Part shown: in pieces, positions 1 through 10,850 of the stretch | How the letters are laid out: the number at the start of each line of letters is the position of its first letter | Numbering within the stretch: position 1 is the first letter of the stretch | Source: an uncultured virus (IMG/VR IMGVR_UViG_3300042863_002514) | Lineage: Duplodnaviria > Heunggongvirae > Uroviricota > Caudoviricetes | Direction: 5' to 3' (one strand) | Virus record (IMG/VR): IMGVR_UViG_3300042863_002514 | Coordinates: 62,001 to 119,063 of that record | DNA: 57,063 nt | Made by a program: the position numbers and the translations under genes | The notes under the pieces: model-generated | The model's database searches: none | Told to the model about the DNA's origin: nothing | What the model saw: the letters and a program-made list of their open reading frames with translations, nothing else

Positions 1-545
1 CATTTGATTTTGAGTTCCAAGTGATCCCAGTTCACTACATTCCAAAACTCCGTGAAAAACTTTTCCCGATTGAAATCGTAATCAACTGTAGTGTGTTCCC
101 AAAGGTCTATTGCCATGGCAATTCCAGGTTTCAAAACATGGTTCTGGATGGTTTGTATTTGTAAATCTTCCATTATCAATACCCAACCATTGCCTTGGAT
201 AGTCAACGCTGCATCTACCACAGCTTTCTTGAACGCATCTAAGGTTCCGTGCGTTGATGAGATCTTTTTTTCCAATGCATTACCGGGTTGGTTGTTTTTT
301 GAATAAGGTTGCATTAGTGGCCAAAAGAAGTCATTGTGTAATAGGGCACCTGCTTTTTGAAACAAGTCACCAGTGGCTTTGTACTTCTTGAAGTAGTTTT
401 TTGTTAAAATATTGTAATGCACATCTACGCTGTGCTCACTCATTGCTGGTTCAAGATCTTTCAATCCATAAGGCAGCTTAGTGATCTTGATAGGCTCTAT
501 GAGAGATGCAGCCTCTACTAAACAAATATGATTTCGTAAGCTCAT
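1..545 (-). CDS. sod: Fe/Mn superoxide dismutase (stop codon at window edge)
   Basis: Manual translation MSLRNHICLVEAA...LPYGLKDLEPAMSEHSVDVHY...QGNGWV...DLWEH...FWNVVNW shows SOD motifs. It is absent from the ORF track because it runs off the edge. Confidence 0.9.
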   Translation of the reverse strand, partial: MSLRNHICLVEAASLIEPIKITKLPYGLKDLEPAMSEHSVDVHYNILTKNYFKKYKATGDLFQKAGALLHNDFFWPLMQPYSKNNQPGNALEKKISSTHGTLDAFKKAVVDAALTIQGNGWVLIMEDLQIQTIQNHVLKPGIAMAIDLWEHTTVDYDFNREKFFTEFWNVVNWDHLELKIK

Positions 546-565
546 GGGGTATCCTTTTCTTGTAT

Positions 566-877
566 TTAAATTGCAGAGCTCAGCAATTTGTGCCAAGTGA
601 ATCTTTCCAACATCATAGTGGGAAATTCAGGCCAGTCTTTGACAACTTCCTGGTAGTCAATTGTTTTGTAACCTTTTTTCAACTTAGTGTTTTTGGATCG
701 CTGTGAGCCAATCATACCTTCCCAGCCAACACCATGTGTTTTGAAACTGCTGCTGCCTTTCCAGGCACACCAGAATACATGCCAAGTATCATCGTCAAGT
801 TGAAAACGACCCCACAGTTTGTCACTTCGTTCCTCTCTGAACTGCAATACTTCCAAAAACGTTATTGATTCAAACAT
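566..877 (-). CDS. hypothetical protein, WGR-domain-like
   Basis: ORF with SDKLWG...W...KLKKGY pattern; start chosen at MFESITF. Confidence 0.5.
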   Translation of the reverse strand: MFESITFLEVLQFREERSDKLWGRFQLDDDTWHVFWCAWKGSSSFKTHGVGWEGMIGSQRSKNTKLKKGYKTIDYQEVVKDWPEFPTMMLERFTWHKLLSSAI

Positions 878-879
878 AA

Positions 880-1293
880 TTATGTATGAGGACAAAACTG
901 CTTTATGTCAACAGGCAGTTTATTTGGCTTCACAATGCCCCGCAATTCCATCTTGATTGAAGAATATGCTGGCTTGAACCATTTCTGTAGTATAGGTACT
1001 GCCTGATGCGGATCACAATTGCCGCACACAAAAATATCCAAGCTAACGAATTTTGATTCAGGCCAGGTATGGATGGATTCATGGGATTCAGCTAATATCA
1101 CAGCACCACTTACCCCTCCTCCATCAAAGGGGTGCAGATATGAAAACAGCACAGTTGCGCCTGTAGCCTTACAACTGTCTTCCATAACTTCTTGAATTTC
1201 GTTAAGGGTACCATGCTGTTGACAGTCATACAAGTCAATCAAAAGATGCTGTCCTGCATATGAAATACCATTGTTTGTTACAAACCCTACCAT
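880..1293 (-). CDS. speD: S-adenosylmethionine decarboxylase proenzyme
   Basis: G.HLL.DLY.C, GVSGAVILAESHESIHTWPE and DIFVCG motifs. Confidence 0.95.
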   Translation of the reverse strand: MVGFVTNNGISYAGQHLLIDLYDCQQHGTLNEIQEVMEDSCKATGATVLFSYLHPFDGGGVSGAVILAESHESIHTWPESKFVSLDIFVCGNCDPHQAVPILQKWFKPAYSSIKMELRGIVKPNKLPVDIKQFCPHT

Positions 1294-1339
1294 AATGCCT
1301 GCTTTCCCTAGGATAATTTACAGTTATTATTTAAGTAGA

Positions 1340-1831
1340 TTATTTGTTCAAAATGCTCAAGGCTTTTGCTAAGCTGGCTTTGTCAAAACCATGATCAGGA
1401 TGTGTTCTCACATAATTGGTTTTCAAATACAAGATGGCTGGGTTGTCATCTATTGCTACCCAAGTGTCAATCTCAGGATGATCAGCAATCCAGTTCAAAA
1501 CTTCTTGACCCCGATTTGACCCTTGCTGTCTAGGAGTCATGTAATTGCCTTCACTGGGATCATCGTATTCAAATATACAGGAAGGATCAATACCATTGCG
1601 CATGAGACAATTGCTGACTTCACTAACACTGTGTCCCTCAGCCCAACTTGTGCTGAGAACTATTTCAGCATGAGTTGCCTTGAGCAAGGCATTCAAATTT
1701 TTCACACAACTGGGATTGAATACAACTTTAGAGAGATAGTTATTGGTAGTCAGTCCCTGCTCTGCTTGCTCTCTAGCATCAGGATCAGGTAATAACACGC
1801 CGTCAAAGTCTAAAAACACTATCTTGGTCAT
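1340..1831 (-). CDS. HAD-family phosphatase (RNA-repair-associated HAD type)
   Basis: FLDFDGVL, LSTSW, RGQEV..W, VAIDD motifs. Confidence 0.8.
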   Translation of the reverse strand: MTKIVFLDFDGVLLPDPDAREQAEQGLTTNNYLSKVVFNPSCVKNLNALLKATHAEIVLSTSWAEGHSVSEVSNCLMRNGIDPSCIFEYDDPSEGNYMTPRQQGSNRGQEVLNWIADHPEIDTWVAIDDNPAILYLKTNYVRTHPDHGFDKASLAKALSILNK

Positions 1832-1896
1832 CTCAAAGGGCCTTGCACTAGGGACGTATTTAAGTTAAGCTCATATGATATAGGGATATTTGCGTT

Positions 1897-2370
1897 ATGT
1901 CACATAAATGGAATCAAAGATGGTTAAGGTTGGCACATGAGGTAGCCAGCTGGAGCAAAGATGAGATCAAAGTTGGCGCTGTAATTTTTGACAAGAATCG
2001 CAATCCTCGTGGCTTTGGTTACAATGGCCCACCACGCAACATTGATGACAGTGACCCCCATGTGTGGCAAAAACCTCAAAAGAACTGGCTGTTTGAGCAT
2101 GCGGAGAGGAATGTAGTTTATGCGTGTGCACGCAACGGCATCAGTTGTGACGATTGTACATTGGTTGTAACACACTGGCCCTGTTGTGATTGCACTCGAG
2201 CAATCATCCAAAGCGGCATAACACACTTGATTGTGGACCAAGCTTGTTTAGACTCCACAGGAATATTCTTTACCAAATGGAGTGAACAAATTCAAGTCAG
2301 TCAAAGCATGCTCAAGGCTGCGGGTGTGAACTATGAAACAACCCTTATAAATAGGGAAAACGATGACTGA
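1897..2370 (+). CDS. dCMP deaminase
   Basis: SKD, VGAVI, GYNG, HAE.N, PCCDC zinc motifs. Confidence 0.92.
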   Translation: MSHKWNQRWLRLAHEVASWSKDEIKVGAVIFDKNRNPRGFGYNGPPRNIDDSDPHVWQKPQKNWLFEHAERNVVYACARNGISCDDCTLVVTHWPCCDCTRAIIQSGITHLIVDQACLDSTGIFFTKWSEQIQVSQSMLKAAGVNYETTLINRENDD

Positions 2371-2827
2371 GGAAAACCAAATGAGCGATTTAGGCAACGC
2401 AATGAAAGTTGTATTGGCCGACACTTTCACCATGTATATGATAGCACACAAGTATCATTTCAATGTGGAAGGCAGAGATTTTTATGAATACCACAAGTTG
2501 TTTCAAAAAATCTACGAAGAGCTTTGGGCATCAGTGGATGATATTGCTGAAAAGATCCGTGCACTAGATGAATATGTGCCATTCAATTTTGGTCGTTTGG
2601 GAGAATTGGCTACAGTTGAAGATGACAGCAAGATTCCCACCAGCAGTGCTATGGTCAGCAAGTTGCTGGAAACCAACGATCGTGTAATTGACAGCCTGAA
2701 AAAAGCTGTTGAGCAAGCCAAAATCTCCAATGATGAAGGTCTTATCAACTTCCTAGGAGGACGTCTAGAGAGGCATGCCAAGCACGGTTGGATGTTACGT
2801 GCGACAACAAAACAAAACAGAGAATAA
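2363..2827 (+). CDS. dps: Dps ferritin-like DNA-protection protein
   Basis: H..H.NVEG..F...H..F...Y, D.IAE.IRAL, KH.WML. Confidence 0.95.
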   Translation: MTEENQMSDLGNAMKVVLADTFTMYMIAHKYHFNVEGRDFYEYHKLFQKIYEELWASVDDIAEKIRALDEYVPFNFGRLGELATVEDDSKIPTSSAMVSKLLETNDRVIDSLKKAVEQAKISNDEGLINFLGGRLERHAKHGWMLRATTKQNRE

Positions 2828-2855
2828 CCCAGCTAGGACTCAAGACCAGGATATG

Positions 2856-2892
2856 TTGGCTTGGAGAACTAGATTCCAAGCCAACTTTTTTT
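2856..2892 (+). terminator. intrinsic terminator after dps
   Basis: gttggcttgga...tccaagccaac followed by a T run. Confidence 0.8.
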
Positions 2893-2937
2893 GACTATTC
2901 CTACACTACCAGTTCACTATCCTTGCCTTTTGGATAG

Positions 2938-3141
2938 TTAACCCTTCAAATAAACTACTAGCCTTACAAAGTAGCCTACTACAACCATAGGCAACATCAA
3001 GACACTCATTGCTTGTAGAGAGATTTCTCCAAACAATGCAAGAATTGCCAAAACAAAACAAACAACAAGCCAACAATCATAGACCTTTTTGATCCAATTT
3101 TGTTGAGAGAAAGTCTCTTTGAGTTCGTGTAGTAAATGCAT
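2938..3141 (-). CDS. small membrane protein
   Basis: two hydrophobic segments. Confidence 0.5.
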   Translation of the reverse strand: MHLLHELKETFSQQNWIKKVYDCWLVVCFVLAILALFGEISLQAMSVLMLPMVVVGYFVRLVVYLKG

Positions 3142-3162
3142 TGTGGGCCCAAGTGGTTGTAG

Positions 3163-4830
<1,668 letters not shown>

Positions 4831-4834
4831 AGCG

Positions 4835-5257
4835 TCATGGACGACGCTTACCCAGCTCTGTCATCTTGAGATTGCCTGAATATTGAAGACCGCCTTTGTT
4901 GAAAAGGGGCATCACACGATTCTTCTTTTCTTGAGCAGCACGAAGTGCCGCCTTCTCGCGTTCAGCCATAGCAGGATCATTATCATAACGATTTTGCCAT
5001 TCGTTATCAAACACTGACCGCTTGGCGCCACCTGGGGCAAAACCATTGCTGCATTTAGCACTGCTCTTGTCCTTGACAAGATCTAGCTTCAGCTTGCGGC
5101 TTTTAGTTTGAGTCTTGCTGGCCAATTGTTCAGGGTGAACGCCATTCTTTTTCAGCCACTTTTCATGTTCCTGTTGAGCTTTCACCTGCTGCGGTGTTTT
5201 CTTCCGCTTGGTGTTGCCATTTGTGTTGATGAAGGCAGGGAGAAGATGCATTGTCAT
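4835..5257 (-). CDS. hypothetical phage protein
   Basis: ORF ending in a P.FNKGGLQY motif; TTGACG...TATAGT promoter-like site upstream. Confidence 0.7.
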   Translation of the reverse strand: MTMHLLPAFINTNGNTKRKKTPQQVKAQQEHEKWLKKNGVHPEQLASKTQTKSRKLKLDLVKDKSSAKCSNGFAPGGAKRSVFDNEWQNRYDNDPAMAEREKAALRAAQEKKNRVMPLFNKGGLQYSGNLKMTELGKRRP

Positions 5258-5292
5258 AAATCAACTATACACTATCCTTCCCACCCGTCAAA

Positions 5293-5327
5293 CAAAAAAG
5301 TGGGTTGAGAAAAACTCTCAACCCACC
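5293..5327 (-). terminator. intrinsic terminator
   Basis: gtgggttgag/ctcaacccac hairpin plus T run on the minus strand. Confidence 0.75.
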
Positions 5328-5417
5328 CAGTTATTTTTAAAAAACCAGTGTTCAGTGTAAGTGACACCAGCTGTAATTTAATTAGACAGTCTATTTGTGC
5401 AACTGCCTATTTAGCTA

Positions 5418-5645
5418 TCAAGCTCGAGAAACACGCTTTGTGGCGCGGGTAATGAGTTGATATTTTACTGCTCGCTGACCATTCTTTCGAATATAAGGAA
5501 CAGTGGTAATATTAGCCCCATCTTCACGCAGCTCATGTACTCGAGCACGAAGATTTTGAATACCAAAGCGAGCTCGAGCTTCTGGAGCAGTTAGCGTGCG
5601 ACCAGCCTCAAGATAGTTAAAAACCTTTTCAGTTTGCGTCAGCAT
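5418..5645 (-). CDS. small winged-HTH DNA-binding protein
   Basis: L..G..LT..EA...FGI..L.AR..ELR..G..I pattern. Confidence 0.8.
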   Translation of the reverse strand: MLTQTEKVFNYLEAGRTLTAPEARARFGIQNLRARVHELREDGANITTVPYIRKNGQRAVKYQLITRATKRVSRA

Positions 5646-5709
5646 AAGTGTCTCCCTGTGTATATGCTAGTTCAAAGTCTATACACAGGGAGACGTATGT
5701 CAAAGGCTT

Positions 5710-5973
5710 TTAAGCCTCAGTTTCCTCAGCCTCTTGACTCACAGGTGCCTTGGGCAAGGAAAAGTTATGGCGTTGAGCCATTTCCTGTGCCGCAATTGAA
5801 TTCTTGGCATCAGCTTTGGTCATGGGACCTGGAAGCCCCACAAACTCAATGTTTGTGAAACCCAGCCGCTGCATGCTCTTGACCCGCGCATCAATGCTGC
5901 CGTTGGCATATTTGAACTTGGTGCGATTTTTCATTGTGGCAATGCCCACATAGGTGAAAGTCTTTTCAGTCAT
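5710..5973 (-). CDS. hypothetical protein
   Basis: ORF with GGAG SD and a TTGACA...TATATT promoter upstream. Confidence 0.7.
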   Translation of the reverse strand: MTEKTFTYVGIATMKNRTKFKYANGSIDARVKSMQRLGFTNIEFVGLPGPMTKADAKNSIAAQEMAQRHNFSLPKAPVSQEAEETEA

Positions 5974-6212
5974 TTGAGAATAAACTCCCGTTTTCTGTTT
6001 CAGCTATGTGTGCAATATAGCACCAAAAAAATTGGTGTCAACAATTTTTTCTAGGGCTGCAACTGGGTAATTTACCTTGCGTCAATTCGGAAGGCATGCT
6101 ATATGTGAAGTATGAAAAACGATGAAGGCTACTCCTACGTGCTGATGTGAAACGTTTGCTGTCTCCAATTCTGGGAGACTTGCCTTGATGAGCAACATGT
6201 GTTGGAACAAAA

Positions 6213-6428
6213 GTGATGAGCACGCCAGCAGCTGATCCTCACAGGCCTCATTTAGTAAGAGTCACTAGAGACGTCTACGGAGCCTATTGGTGGTGCCTAC
6301 GCACGCTGGGCGATCCTGGCCCCACTAGGCATCTATGGAGAAGTGCTGGTGCCAACTTCTATTTCAAACATCAATCAGATGCTATAGCCTTTCGCCTAGT
6401 TTGGGTTGACAATGAGCAACACTATTGA
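6213..6428 (+). CDS. small protein, F-x7-F-x-L-x-W family
   Basis: C-terminal FKHQSDAIAFRLVW. Confidence 0.65.
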   Translation: MMSTPAADPHRPHLVRVTRDVYGAYWWCLRTLGDPGPTRHLWRSAGANFYFKHQSDAIAFRLVWVDNEQHY

Positions 6429-6585
6429 GATGAGCGAACAGCGTTGGTTGCAGATCTCAGGGAAGGTCTATACCTGGTTGATGAGCATACCACTTAATAG
6501 GTTCGAGTACACTAACGAGCGCACATTTTTGATTGAGTTTGAGAATAGTGAACACTACTCAGAATTTGTACTGACTTGGCTATGA
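6412..6585 (+). CDS. small protein (57 aa), F-x7-F-x-L-x-W family
   Basis: Manual translation MSNTIEMSEQRW...FENSEHYSEFVLTWL; below the ORF-track cutoff. Confidence 0.65.
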   Translation: MSNTIEMSEQRWLQISGKVYTWLMSIPLNRFEYTNERTFLIEFENSEHYSEFVLTWL

Positions 6586-6773
6586 ACTGCTCTATTTCCA
6601 TTCCATGGAGCAAATGGTATGAAATGTCACGTGATGCTAAAATTGTGCCATCAATGCTGCTTTTGAAATTGGAGAATGATCATGCAGCAGGAGTGTATTT
6701 TGGGAACGGGTCTATCACCATCTCATTCCCTTCTTTGGAAGAAAAAACCCAGTTTGTTTTGACTTATCTATAA
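6582..6773 (+). CDS. small protein, F-x7-F-x-L-x-W family
   Basis: C-terminal FPSLEEKTQFVLTYL; ATGA overlap with the previous gene. Confidence 0.65.
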   Translation: MNCSISIPWSKWYEMSRDAKIVPSMLLLKLENDHAAGVYFGNGSITISFPSLEEKTQFVLTYL

Positions 6774-6777
6774 CCAG

Positions 6778-7743
6778 CTAACTTTTCACAGCCACATTCC
6801 GCACAAGTTCAATTCTTGAACTGGGAATACGCCCGCGGTATGCAAAACTGCCCAACTGCCTCCCACTGCTGCGTAAGGCTTGTTGACTGCCTCCTCGCCG
6901 CAATTGAGCACTGGGGCTAGGCGGTATCACTCTTTGTTCTTTCTCGCTCCATTGGCCAGAAGGGATCCACTCATCATCGCTCAGTAACCTAGCAGGATCA
7001 GGCACTGTTACTTTAAGTATTACACCTGACGAACTGCCATCTTTCTTGGCCTGTCTTTTGGCATAAAACTCTGCTACTTTGGGATTAGTTGCCAAATAAA
7101 CATTGTGTTCACTATATCCAGGACGCAGATCCGCATAAGCTTCTCCAGTGTGTCCTGGCTGCAACCCCTTTTGTTGTATTTGTTCCCACCTGTCACTACT
7201 TGTGCCGTGATACATGACAGGAGAGTCTCCTCTGAGCACAATACTAGTGGGATCTGTTTGGGCCAATACTTTGCCTACAGTTTTAGCAACATGTGATGGA
7301 ACTCCAGCTACCTTGAAATCTTCACCTAAACCATAACGCATCAAAACTATGAATGCATCTTGTAATTCTTTAAGATTGCTGATGGCTCTTTGGCGTGACG
7401 TGTTATTTGTATATTCCTTGAGTATGGTAACTGTACGATTATTGAAATCCACCTTGCCATTTAAGGTGTTCCAAAGTTCTCCCAAAGGCTGCTTTGTTTC
7501 CGTTGAGTCGCGCAAGCCCAACAATTGGGTCATTTTCCAACTGTAGTGCTCATTTCTCTCACTGTGTAGCAAAAGTTTGCCTTCACTCCAGTGCCAAAAA
7601 TATCCATCTTGAGGATGAATATACTCTTTGGGCTCACTCCCCCAGTGCTTTAGCACTTTCTTGGGGTCAGCGGGTTCTTCATATCGAAGGTCAACTACGG
7701 TTAGAGGCCGCTTGACTTCACTCAAAAGTTCACGTATTAGCAT
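6778..7743 (-). CDS. protein with C-terminal ADP-ribosyltransferase-like (Tpt1/PARP-type H-Y) domain
   Basis: MYHGTS...I...GL.P...VYLAT...A..YA...IL.V...Y.G.IP motif; TAAATA just upstream of the ATG. Confidence 0.65.
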   Translation of the reverse strand: MLIRELLSEVKRPLTVVDLRYEEPADPKKVLKHWGSEPKEYIHPQDGYFWHWSEGKLLLHSERNEHYSWKMTQLLGLRDSTETKQPLGELWNTLNGKVDFNNRTVTILKEYTNNTSRQRAISNLKELQDAFIVLMRYGLGEDFKVAGVPSHVAKTVGKVLAQTDPTSIVLRGDSPVMYHGTSSDRWEQIQQKGLQPGHTGEAYADLRPGYSEHNVYLATNPKVAEFYAKRQAKKDGSSSGVILKVTVPDPARLLSDDEWIPSGQWSEKEQRVIPPSPSAQLRRGGSQQALRSSGRQLGSFAYRGRIPSSRIELVRNVAVKS

Positions 7744-7807
7744 ACTCTATTTAAGCAACAGAATGTGAATCTTTTGAACCCATCACTCTCCAAGAATCGC
7801 ACACTCT

Positions 7808-8038
7808 ATGAGTGCTAGCCTACCTATGACTCATGCGTGTTGTCTTTTTGTTGTGCCGCGCAGCAATTGGTGGCGAGACTTTATTGCCACTGTTGACGCC
7901 AGCACGTATGAAGGCTTGAGAAATTTTCTGCAGGAAAAATACGGTGTGGCTATGGTAGAGCATTCGGATGTGTTGATCTTGTGTTTTCCTGATGCTGATA
8001 CCAAAGTTCAATTTCAACTCTCGTGGGCAAGTGAATGA
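7808..8038 (+). CDS. small protein, F-x7-F-x-L-x-W family
   Basis: C-terminal FPDADTKVQFQLSW. Confidence 0.65.
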   Translation: MSASLPMTHACCLFVVPRSNWWRDFIATVDASTYEGLRNFLQEKYGVAMVEHSDVLILCFPDADTKVQFQLSWASE

Positions 8039-8241
8039 CAGACTCAGTATTAGTGACTCGCAACAGCCTTTGGTGGCCCCTTCTCTGGCGCTCGCAGGGA
8101 TTTGTCAGTTGGAACGACGCACACGATTGGTTGTTTGACCTCTATGAGGCTAAGGCTATCAAAACCCCCACTGGCAACTTTTTGATATACTTTCCTAACA
8201 ATGAGTTGAAAACAGCGTTCATGCTGGCTTGGATGAGTTAA
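8035..8241 (+). CDS. small protein, F-x7-F-x-L-x-W family
   Basis: C-terminal FPNNELKTAFMLAW. Confidence 0.65.
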   Translation: MTDSVLVTRNSLWWPLLWRSQGFVSWNDAHDWLFDLYEAKAIKTPTGNFLIYFPNNELKTAFMLAWMS

Positions 8242-8786
8242 CCGCCCTCGTCATCATCGTCAATCCATTCATTCCCTGCGCTATCATAACCTCTATACAA
8301 TGGCTCGTTGGGCTGTAGCCTTCTGAATTTTCCCCAAAGTGCCAATTCCATCTGCACTACATCACTATTGCTCAACACATCAGTTATCCAATAGCTGCTG
8401 CCACATCCTCCAAGGAGATTTTTCCATTCGGTGGTAGCAATTTCATTCTTCTGCAAAAACTCCTTCATCACATTGTGGTCCAATCCCAACCAGCCCACTC
8501 TAACCAGGCATTCTCCTTTCAAACGTGCCTTGTCCGCTGAGGTCGCTGGTCGCAAGGTTGCCTCATTGAAATCATTGATGATTAGTAGTGCGTTCTTAAC
8601 TTTTATTGATCCTTTAGTAGATTGGTTATCAGGTGTTTCCTTGGTGGTCCAAGGACACTCGCAACTAACGTGGCTCACATATAGTGACTGGCCCTTGGTT
8701 TTCAAGGTCCACATTGGTACAGCGGGATCTTCCAAGTTCTTTTTGTTAAAATGGAAGACAATTTCTTCGCAGAAAATCTCAGTCAT
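8238..8786 (-). CDS. hypothetical protein
   Basis: ORF with AAGGA SD before MTEIF. Confidence 0.65.
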   Translation of the reverse strand: MTEIFCEEIVFHFNKKNLEDPAVPMWTLKTKGQSLYVSHVSCECPWTTKETPDNQSTKGSIKVKNALLIINDFNEATLRPATSADKARLKGECLVRVGWLGLDHNVMKEFLQKNEIATTEWKNLLGGCGSSYWITDVLSNSDVVQMELALWGKFRRLQPNEPLYRGYDSAGNEWIDDDDEGG

Positions 8787-8920
8787 GTTTTTGTTCCTTC
8801 TTGTTGAGTTGATATGAAGAAACCCGCAAGGGCACAGAGGCCGCTTGCGGGTCAAAGAAAAGTTCAAACTTGTGTGAAACCTAGGTCATTATTTTGTTTG
8901 AAAACCTTTTTGTAAACTTT

Positions 8921-8994
8921 TGGTGGCACCAGTGAGATTTGAACTCACACCACTGGATTTAGAGTCCAGCTGACTACCTTTGTCTTATGGGGCC
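8921..8994 (-). tRNA. tRNA with CUA anticodon (amber suppressor)
   Basis: Cloverleaf GGCCCCA...CTGGA CT CTA AA TCCAG...GTGAG TTCAAAT CTCAC TGGTGCC A CCA; anticodon at 8960-8962. Confidence 0.85.
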
Positions 8995-9030
8995 GTACTA
9001 GACATTGTATAGCAGACTCGAAACACAACG

Positions 9031-9471
9031 TCAAGAGAGGGCGTATTCAAAATTCACAGTTGTGGAATTTACTTGCAATTCAAATGCCCCATTCCGGAGA
9101 TGAAACTTGCGTGCCATAGCTGTGGGCGGACTGAGTGTTACTGCACGCTGAATATGTGGATAAGCGTGTTTCAAACGTTTTTGCGCTTCCTGGATCATCT
9201 TTTGCCCGGCGCCTGGTGAGAGACTCCACACCGTGTAAAACACAGCCACACTTGGGCTCACTCCACTGCATTGGAACAACTCACTTTCACTCTCGGGCAC
9301 AAAATCCTGCCAACTTACACACAACACAGCCGCAACATCATCTTGCTCATTGCACAGCATCCAAACTTCGCCATTGGTGAATCGAGTTTCAATTGGAATA
9401 TGAGGTCGAACAGGATCTCCCAGGATGAGCTCGGCTAATGGACTGTGTGGCGTGTTGAGCACAACGATCAA
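9031..9471 (-). CDS. hypothetical protein (GNAT-like fold possible)
   Basis: DPVRPHI, FYTVWS...GAG, TLSP.T..A.KFHL.NGA. Confidence 0.65.
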   Translation of the reverse strand: MIVVLNTPHSPLAELILGDPVRPHIPIETRFTNGEVWMLCNEQDDVAAVLCVSWQDFVPESESELFQCSGVSPSVAVFYTVWSLSPGAGQKMIQEAQKRLKHAYPHIQRAVTLSPPTAMARKFHLRNGAFELQVNSTTVNFEYALS

Positions 9472-9541
9472 ACTCTGTCTCCCAAAATAAAGCAGCTAGT
9501 TTATTTAAACAGAATTTTCATCACAAATCAGTAAATATCAT

Positions 9542-10120
9542 ATGCAATTAGCTGAACTACAACTGAAGCGTGAGCTCAAAGCCATTGGCAAATTGAATTA
9601 TGGGTTTGGAACAGAACTGTCAAACCTGTTGCGAGAGCGTGGCTGGACTGTGTTGGGTAGAGGAAGTGAGGCGGCTGTGGCCGAGCATCCCAGCAAGCTT
9701 TATGTGCTGAAAATCTACCCCACAGGGAGCCTCTACACCAAGTTTGTGGATTTGGCGCAAAGAGTGCCTCAAAACCCACATTTTCCCAAATTCAGTAGAG
9801 AGCAGAGAAAGATTCCTGGCACGCTTTTCAGTTATGTGAGAATGGAAAAACTAGCCCGAGTGACTGAATTTGATATAAAAATTGAAATGCCTGAGGCATT
9901 TTGTGTGGCCAAACAACTGTATGCTAATCTTGGCCAAACATTATATTGGACAAACATAGACAAAGACGTTATTGAGTGTTCATCTCTCAGCAGAGATGCA
10001 GAGGAAGTGGTTCAGCTGATGACACGCCAATTGAAAAAGATTGGTCCTAGACTGGACCTGCATCCCCTCAACATCATGCGACGCGGAACGGTTTGGGTTA
10101 TAACAGATCCATATTTTTGA
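9542..10120 (+). CDS. minimal protein-kinase-like enzyme
   Basis: GRGSEAAV, VLKI, HFPKF, MEKL, DLHPLNIM, ITDP; TAAATA at 9532-9537. Confidence 0.75.
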   Translation: MQLAELQLKRELKAIGKLNYGFGTELSNLLRERGWTVLGRGSEAAVAEHPSKLYVLKIYPTGSLYTKFVDLAQRVPQNPHFPKFSREQRKIPGTLFSYVRMEKLARVTEFDIKIEMPEAFCVAKQLYANLGQTLYWTNIDKDVIECSSLSRDAEEVVQLMTRQLKKIGPRLDLHPLNIMRRGTVWVITDPYF

Positions 10121-10685
10121 TGCTCTTGCGCTGACTCATTTGAGAGTAATACTCTCGAGCATTGCGCTCAAGCTCAGCTGAGAAGTTTCGTGGCATGCGA
10201 TTCACCAGCCTTCCGTTTTGAGTCACACTCCAGCTCCGATAACTGTCCATCAAACCCAACTTCAATCCCAACAGGCTGTCAAAGTGAAATAGAATCAGTT
10301 CATTTGGATCTAACCCTGCGGTAGCTTGTTCAACCAACACAACTGCATCAGTTGGAGAGATTTGATGTTGGCATAATACCCCAATTGCTGTTGCAGTGCT
10401 TCTGCTTATTCCGGCGAAACAATGAAACAACACTCGATCAGTTGGCTCAAAACCTTTTGAGAATTTCAAAATAGTATCAACATGGAATGTTGAAGGTGTG
10501 TTCCAGCCAGGAGCAGGATAGGTGATGTCATCAACAGAGACAGTGAGATGATGACTTCCCTCGCTGGGCACACCATTGGGATATTCTTGCCCCAAGAGAG
10601 TGATGATTTTTGTTGGCCATTGGTTTTTAATAAGTGTTTGTGCGGTGACTACATCAGTCACCTTGAATTCAAATGGAGGCTGCAT
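10098..10685 (-). CDS. protein-tyrosine/dual-specificity phosphatase-like
   Basis: HCFAGISRS (CX5R) motif. Confidence 0.85.
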   Translation of the reverse strand: MQPPFEFKVTDVVTAQTLIKNQWPTKIITLLGQEYPNGVPSEGSHHLTVSVDDITYPAPGWNTPSTFHVDTILKFSKGFEPTDRVLFHCFAGISRSTATAIGVLCQHQISPTDAVVLVEQATAGLDPNELILFHFDSLLGLKLGLMDSYRSWSVTQNGRLVNRMPRNFSAELERNAREYYSQMSQRKSIKNMDLL

Positions 10686-10736
10686 AGGCTGATTATAATG
10701 GTGCAGGAGACGGAGGTCAAAATGTTAGGGGGTTAC

Positions 10737-10810
10737 TGGACACACCAGGGCTCGAACCTGGAACAAGACCGTTATGAGCGGCCGACTCTAACCAATTGAG
10801 CTATGCGTCC
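10737..10810 (-). tRNA. tRNA-Ile2 (CAU, lysidine substrate)
   Basis: GGCCG CT CAT AA CGGTC arm; lies directly downstream of tilS. Confidence 0.8.
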
Positions 10811-10850
10811 TTATCAACTGCTCATATAATATGCGCTAAATCGCAGTCTG

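Noticed and set aside
8921..8994. tRNA-Pyl / pyrrolysine system (anticodon arm TGGACTCTAAATCC resembles tRNA-Pyl)
   Set aside because: A73 discriminator, canonical TTC T-loop and GG D-loop; no pyl genes in the window
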